A DNA stretch of 64,000 nucleotides from an uncultured Chthonomonadaceae bacterium (GTDB lineage: Bacteria > Armatimonadota > Chthonomonadetes > Chthonomonadales > Chthonomonadaceae). The stretch is taken from assembly GCA_963817895.1 (NCBI GenBank), contig CAWFQB010000001.1, forward strand, positions 1,536,001 to 1,600,000. Direction: 5' to 3'. The notes beneath the pieces are model-generated. The model worked only from the letters and a program-made list of their open reading frames with translations. It was not told the DNA's origin and searched no databases. Each line of letters starts with the position of its first letter. Position 1 is the stretch's first letter. Shown here in pieces: positions 51,565-61,684 of the stretch. Made by a program: the position numbers and the translations under genes.

Positions 51565-54232
51565 CTACTCTCCACTCTGCTGTATTAGTTTTGCTACTAA
51601 TGCCGTCCAGCCGGTTTGGTGACTGGCTCCTAATCCCTTGCCGGTATCGCCGTGAAAATACTCGTGGAAGGGGATGTGGTCGCGCCAGGCGGGGTCGTTC
51701 TGGAAGGTGGACACGTCGCCGAAGACGGGGCGCGTGCCGTCTTCGCGGCGCAAAAACAGGTGGGTCATGCGGCGCGACAACTCTTCCGCCACCTGCCACA
51801 GGGTCAGCATCGCGCCGGAACCTGTGGGACACTCCACCGTCAGGCCGTCGCCATAATAGTAGTGGAAGCGCTGCAAGGCTTCCACAAGCAGGTAGTTGAT
51901 GGGGAACCAGATGGGGCCGCGCCAGTTGCTGTTGCCGCCGAACAGCCCGGACGTGCTTTCCGCAGGCTCGTAATCGGCGATGCGGGCCTGCCCATCCACG
52001 TTCAGCACATACGGATGGTCGTGATGGTATTTGCTCAGGCCGCGCAAGCCGAAGTCGCTCAGGAATTCGGCGGGGTCGAGGGCGCGGTTGAGCAGGGCTT
52101 TCATGCGATGGGCGCGGACGAGGGCCAGCAACCGCCGATCCGCCTGCCCCGGAACCGTCATATACGACACCAGATCGGACAGGTCTTTGCGTTCGCGCAG
52201 GAACCAGTTCATACGCTCGGCGAAACCGGGGAAGCGGTCAAGGTCGGACTGCTCGATGGTTTCCACCGCAAGCAGGGGAATCAGGCCGACAAGCGAACGC
52301 ACTTTTAGGGAAATGGCGTGTCCATCGGGCAGGCGCAGCACATCATAAAAAAACTGGTCTTCCTCGTCCCACAGCGACACGCCCTCCTCGGCCAGATTGT
52401 TCAACGCTCCCGCGATATACATGTAATGCTCGAAAAACTTGGTGGCGACATCCTCATACACCGCATCCTGTCGGGCGAGTTCGAGGGCAATGGCGAGCAT
52501 GTTGAGGCAGTACATGCCCATCCACGCCGTGCCGTCCGACTGTTCCAGCCGTTCGCCATTGGGCAGGGGCGCGCTGCGGTCGAACACGCCGATGTTGTCC
52601 AGTCCCAGAAAGCCGCCCTGAAACACGTTGCGCCCATCCGGGTCTTTACGGTTGATCCACCACGTAAAGTTGATAATCAGCTTGTGGAAGATGCGCTCCA
52701 GAAAGGCGGTGTCGCCCTTTCCCGTCCTGCGTCGCTCGATTCGGTACACGCGCAGGGCGGCCCAGGCGTGAACGGGCGGGTTCACATCGCCGAACGCCCA
52801 CTCATACGCGGGCAGTTGGCCGTTGGGGTGCATGTACCATTCGCGGCACAGGAGGAGAAGCTGCCGCTTGGCGAATGCGGGGTCAATCATGGCAAGGGGG
52901 ATGCAGTGAAAGGCCAAATCCCAAGCGGCGTACCAGGGATATTCCCACGTATCCGGCATGGAAAACACGTCGAAGTTGTCCAGATGCCGCCAGTCGGCGT
53001 TGCGTCCGTGTTTGCGCTCCGGGGGCGGGGGCGGCTGGCCGGGGTCGCCGTCCAGCCAAGTGCGCACGTCGTAGTGGTAATACTGCTTGCTCCACATCAA
53101 GCCGGCCAGAGCTTGCCGCTGTACCATCTTGGCGTCGTCGGAAACGTCGGGCGGGGCAATCGTGGCGTAAAATTCATCGGCTTCGCGGCGGCGCACGTCC
53201 ATGATGGCATCGAAAGAGCCGCTCAGGGGCGTGGCTTCGCCCGTACCCGGCATCAGGCGCAGGCGCAGGGTATGGGTTTCGCCGGGCTGCAGGGCCAGGT
53301 GGTAGCGCGCGCTGGCTTTGGTTCCGGTCTGCGCGGGGTTGACGGCCTCGGTTTTGCCGTTCACAACGTAATCGTTGATGCCATCCTTAACGTAGGGAGT
53401 CGGATTTGACGCGCCATACAGTCGCGCGTTATTGGTGTCGTTTTCGGTGAACAGCAGTTCGGGCGCGGGATTGAGCGACTGGCAGGCGAGATAGTAGTCG
53501 CCAAGATACACATGCTCGACCCTGATAATCTGCATGTCGTTGGCGTGGGACATCGAATCCTGCGGTAGGAGCGACAGGTTGGGGCGGGCTGTTTTCTCGC
53601 CCCAGTTCCAGCAGTTGCGAAACCAGAGAGTCGGCAGCACGTCCAGTTCGGCAGCATTCGGGCCGTGATTGGTGACGGTAATCTGTATCAGAATATCGTG
53701 CGCTTCGGCTTTGGCGTACTCGACAAACACATCGAAGTAGCGGTTCTCATTAAACACGCCCGTATCAATGAGTTCGTATTCCGGCTGCATCCGGTTGCGC
53801 CGTCCGTTCTCCTCCACCAGATCGCTGTACGGGTACGCGGCCTGTGGATACTTGTACAGCGCTTTCATGTACGAGTGCGTGGGCGTGGAATCTGAGATAG
53901 AAATAGTATTCCTTGACATCCTCGCCGTGATTGCCCTGCGGTCCGGTCAGCCCGAACAGGCGCTCTTTGAGAATGGCATCTTTGCCGTTCCACAGCGCGA
54001 GGGCAAAGCACAGATGCTGCCGTCGTTCTGAAATTCCCATCAGGCCGTCTTCGTTCCATCGGTACGCTTTGGAACGGGCATGGTCGTGCGGAAAATAGTC
54101 CCACGCGCTGCCGTCCGGGCTGTAATCTTCGCGCACGGTTCCCCACGCGCGGTCCGCCAGATATGGCCCCCACTCTTTCCAGTCCACGCTATGTGAATTG
54201 GCCTCCTGCAAACGCTTCTCTTCTTCCGTCAC
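51565..54232 (-). CDS. GH63-like (MGH1-type) glucosidase, frameshift near 53895
   Basis: [63 protein letters not shown]. Confidence 0.9.
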
Positions 54233-54365
54233 GGCCTGACTCCTTACAAAGAATAGCAGGCCGGTATTTCTCCGGCCTGCGTAATGTGGGTTCATGTTCC
54301 ATTTTGTATAGCGTTATCCCTCTACGAATAACGCCCATTTATGAGAAATCAATGAGAAACGATAC

Positions 54366-55303
54366 TCAGGAGGAAGAGGAGAGCGTTGCCTGCGCCGCGT
54401 GAAGGGTGTTGCGCAGCAGCATGGCAATGGTCATGGGGCCGACGCCGCCGGGAACGGGCGTAATGCAGGCGGCAACACGGGCCGCGGACTCGAAATGCAC
54501 GTCGCCCACATCGCCGCCCCTGCCTTCCACGCGGTTGTAGCCCGCGTCCATGACTGCCGCGCCGGGTTTAATCATGTCGCCTGTAATCAGTTCCGCGCGT
54601 CCGACTGCGGCAACGAGAATGTCGGCCTGCCGCGTGTATTCGGCCAGATTGGGAGTGCGCGAGTGGCAAATGGTGACGGTGGCGTTGCGGTTGAGCAGCA
54701 TCAGCGCGACGGGCTTGCCTAAAATGATGCTGCGCCCAACTACAACCGCGTGTTTTGCCCTCAATGGGAATGTTGTACCGATCCAGCAGTTCGATGATTC
54801 CCGCCGGGGTGCAGGAGGGAAACGCGGGTTCCCCATTCATCAGGCCACCGAGCGAACTGCGGCTGATGCCGTCAATATCTTTGTGGGGCGAAACGCTGAT
54901 CCAGAACCGCCGGTTCATGCAGATGTTTGGGCAGGGGATGCTGCACCAGAATCCCGCTGATGGCCGGATCGTTATTCAGCCGTTCTACCAGGTCTTCCGC
55001 TTCGGCCTGCGTTGCTGTATCGGGCAGGCGGTGAATGCTGCTGTCCATGCCGACCCATTTACACGCCTTTTGCTTCATGGCGACGTAGGTTTCCGAGGCG
55101 GGATCGGCCCCGATCAAGACAGCGGCCAGATGCGGCGTCACGCCCTTCGCCTTGAGTTCGCTTACCTGCGCGGCAATCTCGGCGCGGAGGGTTCGCGCGG
55201 TTGCCATACCGTCAAGTAGCAAGGATGAAGGATGAAGGATGAAGGATGAATCCTCTCCTTCTGTTTCCTGTTCTCTGTTCCCTGTTTCCTTTTCTGCTGT
55301 CAC
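54366..55303 (-). CDS. folD: Methylenetetrahydrofolate dehydrogenase/cyclohydrolase, frameshifted
   Basis: [49 protein letters not shown]. Confidence 0.93.
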
Positions 55304-56895
55304 TATACGTTCTCCTCATCTATGCTGTTTTCATCAGATGTGGCTTCGTCTAAATCTACGTCTTCGTCTTCGGTAAGGTCAATCATGTCGTCGCTGTCAT
55401 CGGTCATGTCAGCGGTTGCCGGGTTTGTTTTCGCGGAGGCTTTGCTGCCGACTTGAACGGCGAGCGCGCCGAGTACGCCGTTGACGAAACGCCCGGATTC
55501 GGTTGTGCTGTACTTTTTGGCGAGTTCTACGGCCTCGTTGATGGAAGCGGCGGTGGGAACGCTCTTCCATAAACAGCATCTCGTAACCGCCGATGCGCAG
55601 AATGTTGCGGTCTACGGCGACCTGCCGCTCCATGTTCCAACCCGCGGACAATCCGGCAATCGCGGCGTCAATTTCGGTTTGTTTTGCGGACGCGCCCTGT
55701 ACCAGTTTCAGCGCGAAACTTGCCGTTCGCAGCCAGTCCCCGGCCTGCTTTTCCACAATCGCGCCCACTTTTTTCCAGCGTTCGATTTGGACGCGGTTGA
55801 AGGTTTCGCGCTGCGTCCGCAGATACGCCTGCATGTCCGCATGGGATACGCCGGACGGACGGTTGGCGACAATATTCTGCACAAACGCGACGCCCTCTTT
55901 GCGGAACTCCGGTTCCAGGCGTTCGGGCAGTTGTTCGCGCGCCTGCCGCGCAAACGCCTGCAAGCGTGTCCGGTCTTCGGCAGACAACTGTTCAAGGAGG
56001 GCGTTCAGCGAATTCGCGACCCTGTCCGCTTTCCGGCGCGACAAGGCCCGATCGGCGCGGGAGTCAGCAGGCGCGGCGGCTGTAGGGCGGGCAGGCCGGA
56101 AATCTCCCCTTCCGACAGGTCGAACGTCTGCGCAATCGCGCTGATACGCATTCTTCGCGCCGTGTGGGGCAGCACGGAAGAGGGTTCGCGGAACAGGCGA
56201 TCAATGCGCTGCTCCTGCCAGTACGGGGCGTCCCCAAGCAGGCGGGAGCGAGCAGAGACAGGGCGCGTTCCTGCGTGTGGTTCAGTTCCGGCAGCATGTC
56301 GCGCAGGCCGGACGTGAACACGTCCAGACAGATTTGCTCCACAAGCGAACCGCTGGCCGCATGGGAACCGCGCTGCACAAATTCCAGCCGCAGCCGTTCC
56401 AACGCGCCCTCGACCACCTCTTGCTGCAAGCGACCGCGCACGATGCGGGTATGGTCTTCCAGCCGTTCCCGCGCTTCGGCAAGATACGCGCCCACTTTGT
56501 CTGCCCGCAACGGGTGCTGGCAGTCGCTCGCCCTGTATGCGCAATTCGTCCAGCAGGGCAAACGCCTGCGCCAGTTCTCGAACCACGAAGGGAACCGGGC
56601 GCTTGCTGCGGACGGCGTTTCCCCCGTTGCGCAGGTCTTGCAGCAGTTCGCGGGTTTCGGTAAAGCTGTATCCGGCCTGCGTCACTTCGCGCTCCAGATG
56701 CTCCTGCCCGTTTCCCAATCCCACAACGGCAACCTCAACGGCCTCGCGCATTAGCTGCTGGCGCAGCCGTTCTCCCGCCTGCCCGATGTCGCGCAGGGTG
56801 GCTTCGAGAATGGATTGCGCGGCTGGCGTAAAATGCTCCCGCTGATATAATATTTTCAAGGCCCATTCACGGGCCAATCGTCTTGAACTTATCAC
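55303..56895 (-). CDS. nusB: NusB with a very large internal helical insertion and acidic tail, frameshifted
   Basis: N-terminus SRRLAREWALKILYQ; C-terminus WNMERQVAVDRNILR..INEAVELAKKYST.ESGRFVNGVL; TAGTG overlap with folD. Confidence 0.85.
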
Positions 56896-57193
56896 GGAAA
56901 AACCTTTGTGTCAGGTTGTTAGGTTGTTAGTTGTTAGGTTGTTAGGTAAATAGGATTTTTGAGCGTCTTTTCCTGCGCGATAAGCGTTTCTTAACCTAAC
57001 AACCTAACAACCTAACACCTGCCCTTACGGGTATACTAGAAACAGGCCAGTCGCCTGCCATTTTTATCACTGCGTCATGCGCCGTAGCGTACTCGGATGC
57101 TTTTGCCGCCGCGCTTCCCACAGGTTTGCGCGTTTGTGGCGGCACTCTCTATTGTACTCTAATTGCGGCGCGGCGTGAAGCGAGAAATACGTT

Positions 57194-57985
57194 ATGCCTG
57201 TGTTATCTGCTATGCCTGACAATTCCGAAATGCCTGCTGCCCTGCCTGTGATTCACATTCTCGATATGCCCGTTCATCATGTCACGATGCGCGACGCGCT
57301 GGAAACCATTGACGGCTTCATCCGTTCCGGCGTGTCCCACCATGTCGTAACCGCCGATGCTTCCATGCTCGTTATGGCGCAGCAGGATGCGGATTTACGC
57401 GCCATTGTTGGCGGGGCCGATCTGATTACGCCCGACAGCGAGGGCATTTTGTGGGCGTCACGGCAGCAGGGGCAAGCGTTGTCCGAGCGCGTGTCCGGCG
57501 TAGAAATCGTCGAGCGATTGTGCGAACGTTCCTCACATCACGGGCAGAAGATTTACTTTTTAGGGGCCGCGCCCGGTATCGCGGAGGGCGCCAAAGCCCG
57601 TATGGAAGCGAAATACCCCGGCGCGCAAATCGTCGGAACGCGCAATGGATTTTTCACGGATGCGGATTTGCCGCAAGTGTTAGCCGACATTCGCGCCTGC
57701 CGTCCCGATGTGCTGTGCGTGGCGATGGGCATTCCCAAACAGGAAAAATGGATCGCCCGTCACCGCGAAGCGCTGGGCGTACCTGTTCTCATTGGCGTCG
57801 GCGGAACCTTAGATGTGCTTTCCGATACGGTGAAACGCGCCCCGAAAATTATGCGGCAACTAAAGCTGGAATGGCTGTGGCGCGTCCTCAAAAACCCCCG
57901 CAAAATCGGCAAAGTGATGCTGCTCCCCCGCTTCGTGCTGCTGGTGCGCGGGCATAAGGGAAAAGGGAAGAGGGAAGAGGGATAA
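57194..57985 (+). CDS. WecB/TagA/CpsF family glycosyltransferase
   Basis: ADLITPD, ERVSG, AMGIPKQE, GVGG, KRAP, LEWLWR. Confidence 0.93.
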   Translation: MPVLSAMPDNSEMPAALPVIHILDMPVHHVTMRDALETIDGFIRSGVSHHVVTADASMLVMAQQDADLRAIVGGADLITPDSEGILWASRQQGQALSERVSGVEIVERLCERSSHHGQKIYFLGAAPGIAEGAKARMEAKYPGAQIVGTRNGFFTDADLPQVLADIRACRPDVLCVAMGIPKQEKWIARHREALGVPVLIGVGGTLDVLSDTVKRAPKIMRQLKLEWLWRVLKNPRKIGKVMLLPRFVLLVRGHKGKGKREEG

Positions 57986-59698
57986 GTGAAGATACGAGAT
58001 ACGAGATACGAGATACGAGCAGGAGAGGATTCCTCAACACCCAACACCCAACATCCAACACCCGGAACGGTCTATTTGATCGGGGCGGGGCCGGGCGATC
58101 CGGGGTTGATTACGGTGCGGGGGCGGATGTTGCTGCAAACGGCGGATGTGGTTGTGTATGATCGGCTGGCGCATCCCTCCCTGCTGGATTATGCGCGGGC
58201 GGACGCGGAAAAGGTTTATGTTGGGAAGGTAAGCGCGCATCACGCCATGAAGCAGCCGGATATCAACGCGCTGCTGCTGGATCGGGCGAAACAGGGCAAA
58301 AGCGTGGCGCGGTTGAAGGGCGGCGACCCGTTTGTGTTCGGCAGGGGCGGCGAGGAAGCCGAAGAGTGCCGGGACGCGGGAGTTCCGTTTGAGATAGTGC
58401 CGGGGGTTACGTCGGCCATTGCCGCGCCCGCGTATGCCGGTATTCCGGTCACGCACCGGGATATGGCGTCGTCATTTGCCATTGTCACCGGACACGAGCG
58501 GGATGACAGCCGCGAGTCGGGAACCCGCGCGCCGGGAGAGGCGGAACAGCGCCGCAACTGGGCCAATATCGCCAAAGCGGGGGATACGCTGATTTTTCTG
58601 ATGGGCGTGGAAGCCCTGCCCGATATTGCCGCCCGATTGCAGGAAAACGGACGCGATCCGCAAACTCCCGTCGCTCTCGTGCAATGGGGAACGTGGACGC
58701 GGCAGCAGGTCGTGACCGGCACACTGGCAACCATTGTGGAGGACGTGAAACGAGCCGGCCTGACGCCGCCCGCCGTGTGCGTGGTTGGCGAAGTGGTGAA
58801 ACTGCGCGAACGCCTGCGCTGGTTCGACGATCCCGCCTCGCGTCCCCTGTTCGGCAAAAAAATCGTCGTCACGCGAGCGCGGGAACAGGCGAGCGCCCTC
58901 TCCGATTTGCTGCGTTCGCGGGGCGCGGAACCCTTAGAATTTCCCGCCATCGAAATCGCCCATCTGGACGACATGAGCGAACTGGATGCCGCGCTTGCCA
59001 ATCTGAACTCCTACCAGTGGATGATTGTCACCAGCGCGAACACGGTTCCGGTTCTGGCCGAACGCCTGAACGCGCTGAATTTGGACGCCCGCGCCTTCCA
59101 CGCCACGCGCATTGCCGCCATCGGCCCCGCCACTGCCGATGCCCTCCGCCTGCATCTGGGACTCCGCGCCGACTTCATGCCGACCGAAGCCGTTGCCGAA
59201 GCCATTCTTGCCGAGTGGCCGGACGCCGATGTGACCGGGCAGCGCATCCTCCTGCCCCGCGCCCGCGAAGCCCGCGAAATTCTGCCCGACCAACTGCGCG
59301 AACGGGGCGCAACCGTAGACGTAATCGCCGCCTACGAAACCCGCATGGATGGCGCGGCGTCCGACCGCTTGAAGCAGCAGTTACAAAACGGCGAGATAAA
59401 CGTCTTAACCTTCACAGCCTCGTCAACGGTACGCAATTTTGCGCAAGCGTTGTAGAAGGAGAAAGGGAACAGGGAAAAGGAGAAAGCGTAGGGGAGCATG
59501 ATTGCGCCCAATCCCCAACCTCCAACCCCCAACACCCTTGCAGAGCTTGTTGGAGAAACAACCATTGCGGCCATTGGGCCGGTTACGGCGCAAACCCTGC
59601 GCGAGTTCGGCCTGAACGTGGACATTGAAGCCGAAGAACATACCATTCCCGGCCTTGTTGCGGCGATTGAAAAGCATTTCGCCACGACGCGGAAATAG
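57986..59698 (+). CDS. cobA: Uroporphyrinogen-III C-methyltransferase/synthase fusion (CobA-HemD); HemD carries a repeat insertion with two in-frame TAGs
   Basis: GAGPGDPGLIT, RLKGGDP, VVTRA, FTASSTV, then IAAIGPVT in the same frame from 59498. Confidence 0.9.
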
Positions 59699-60706
59699 GT
59701 TGGTACACAGATGCGTAAATTTCTGCGCCGTAGCCAGCATATAAAATGCCGGTTATCAGGACTGCGGCCAACCGTCCTGCGGACGAGAAATTGTACACGC
59801 GGTCAATTGGGAGGAACGTGCTGGTGAGCGAGGTTATGGTTTCTGTGGAAACGATGCGGTGCCTCCCTCTGCCAACGCCAGAACAACACGTTGCTTCATT
59901 ACACATCTACGTAGCGCGCATAGTTGGTATAAACATTTGCCTTTACTGACGGGAGGAACGTTGTCGTCTTCCTTGCGCCAGATGCAGGTTGTCAGCTATA
60001 CCATCCCAGACATCCTTGCGCTTGCCCTATGGATAATAATCCTCGTGGGCTATCAGACGTACGCCTTCGGCTACCGTTGATTACATGTGGCGCGGCGGAC
60101 ACCTTGAATTTCGAGCGGGATGGTAGCAATCCCATTGAGCTTGCCGCAGCAAGTGGTTATCGCATGCGGAATGCGAGTTTTGTAAGTACAAACCTGTATA
60201 AACACCTCCAGCTGTGGCTGGACCCTGAGCGAATTCGTGGCCACCTCCGCCACTGTTGCTGAGGTCAGAATGAATGCACCCCTGAATCGGAGACAGTCCG
60301 GCCTGTCTTCGCGCATTCGGGATTGGTATTCATCCACCCGGCTTGGACTATACGCGCTTTCGCTGACATTGACATGGCTGAAAAGCCGATTGCCCTTGAA
60401 GCGTAATGTGAGAACGTGAGCCTGATCATTGAGCCTTACATCTTGAACGCACGATGGATATCGCATTATCATGCATTAGCATGGTTGTCCATTTTGTACG
60501 TGGACGAAGACAAACATTGCAATCTGGCTGGTAGTTGGGTCTCGAGGTGGCCGATGTATGAATTGCAAGCATGCAGGTCTGACGAGTTGCGCAGAAATTG
60601 GTGAGTCGTGATTGTTTGTAACCGTCTCTACGAAGTCATCATGATAGCATAGGCGCGTCGTTAGCAGCAACTGTAGATGAGACAAGCGAGGCTAAGGAAG
60701 TATGAC

Positions 60707-61684
60707 ATGATGAAACGCGGGCGACGATTGCGCAGCAGCGAGGCGATGCGGCGATTGGTGCGCGAACATGGCGTGACAACCGATGATTTGCTGTATCCGA
60801 TGTTTGTTACCGAAGAAAAGCAGAGCCGGGAAATCGCTTCTATGCCGGGGATATTTCGGTATACCGTTGATGATTTGTGCCGCGCGGTGGAGGAAGTGGC
60901 GAGCCTGAATATTCCCGCCATTATGCTGTTCGGCATCCCGGCGGAAAAGGATGAGGTTGGCAGCGGCGGGTATCATGCGCAGGGGATTGTGCCGCAGGCG
61001 ATACGCGCTGTTCGGCGGGCGGTTGGCGATAAACTTCTGATCGTGCCGGACGTGTGTTTGTGCGAGTATACCAGTCACGGGCATTGCGGCGTGTTGGAAG
61101 TGCGCAACGGCGTTCATACGGTTGCCAACGACCCGACGCTTGAACTTTTGGCCCGCGCCGCCGTCACTTATGCGGAAGCGGGCGCGGACATCATCGCGCC
61201 CTCCGACATGATGGACGGGCGCGTTTCCGCCATTCGCCGCGCGCTGGACGCGAACGGTTTTGAAGGCTTGCCGATTATGGCGTACAGCGCGAAATACGCC
61301 AGCGGCTTTTACGGGCCGTTCCGTGAAGCCGCCGACAGCGCGCCGCAAATGGGCGACCGCCGTTCCTACCAGATGGACCCGCCCAACCGCCGCGAAGCCC
61401 TGCGGGAAATCGCGCAGGACATTGACGAGGGCGCGGATATGGTGATGGTCAAGCCCGGACTGGCGTATCTGGACATTCTGCGGGACGCCCGCGAAACGTT
61501 CGACGTGCCGCTTGCCGTTTATAATGTATCGGGCGAATACAGCATGGTGAAAGCCGCCGCCCGCAACGGCTGGATTGACGAAGCCCGCGTCATTGATGAA
61601 ACCCTCACCGCCTTCAAGCGCGCGGGCGCGGACATTATTTTGACGTATCATGCGGTGGAGTATGCGAGGATGGCAGGCAGGTAG
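60707..61684 (+). CDS. hemB: Porphobilinogen synthase
   Basis: DVCLCEYTSHGHCG, APSDMMDGR, YSAKYAS.FYGPFR, MVKP, YNVSGEY. Confidence 0.97.
   Translation: MMKRGRRLRSSEAMRRLVREHGVTTDDLLYPMFVTEEKQSREIASMPGIFRYTVDDLCRAVEEVASLNIPAIMLFGIPAEKDEVGSGGYHAQGIVPQAIRAVRRAVGDKLLIVPDVCLCEYTSHGHCGVLEVRNGVHTVANDPTLELLARAAVTYAEAGADIIAPSDMMDGRVSAIRRALDANGFEGLPIMAYSAKYASGFYGPFREAADSAPQMGDRRSYQMDPPNRREALREIAQDIDEGADMVMVKPGLAYLDILRDARETFDVPLAVYNVSGEYSMVKAAARNGWIDEARVIDETLTAFKRAGADIILTYHAVEYARMAGR

Noticed and set aside
26772..56895. Programmed frameshifting or true pseudogenes for ribF, folD and nusB
   Set aside because: Breaks are too numerous and scattered, with no shared slippery motif; sequencing error is the simpler explanation.
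59718..60599. 11-bp inverted repeat (AATTTCTGCGC/GCGCAGAAATT) as IS ends, and an 11-bp direct repeat GGGAGGAACGT
   Set aside because: Matches of this length are plausible by chance in 1 kb; no target duplication or transposase.
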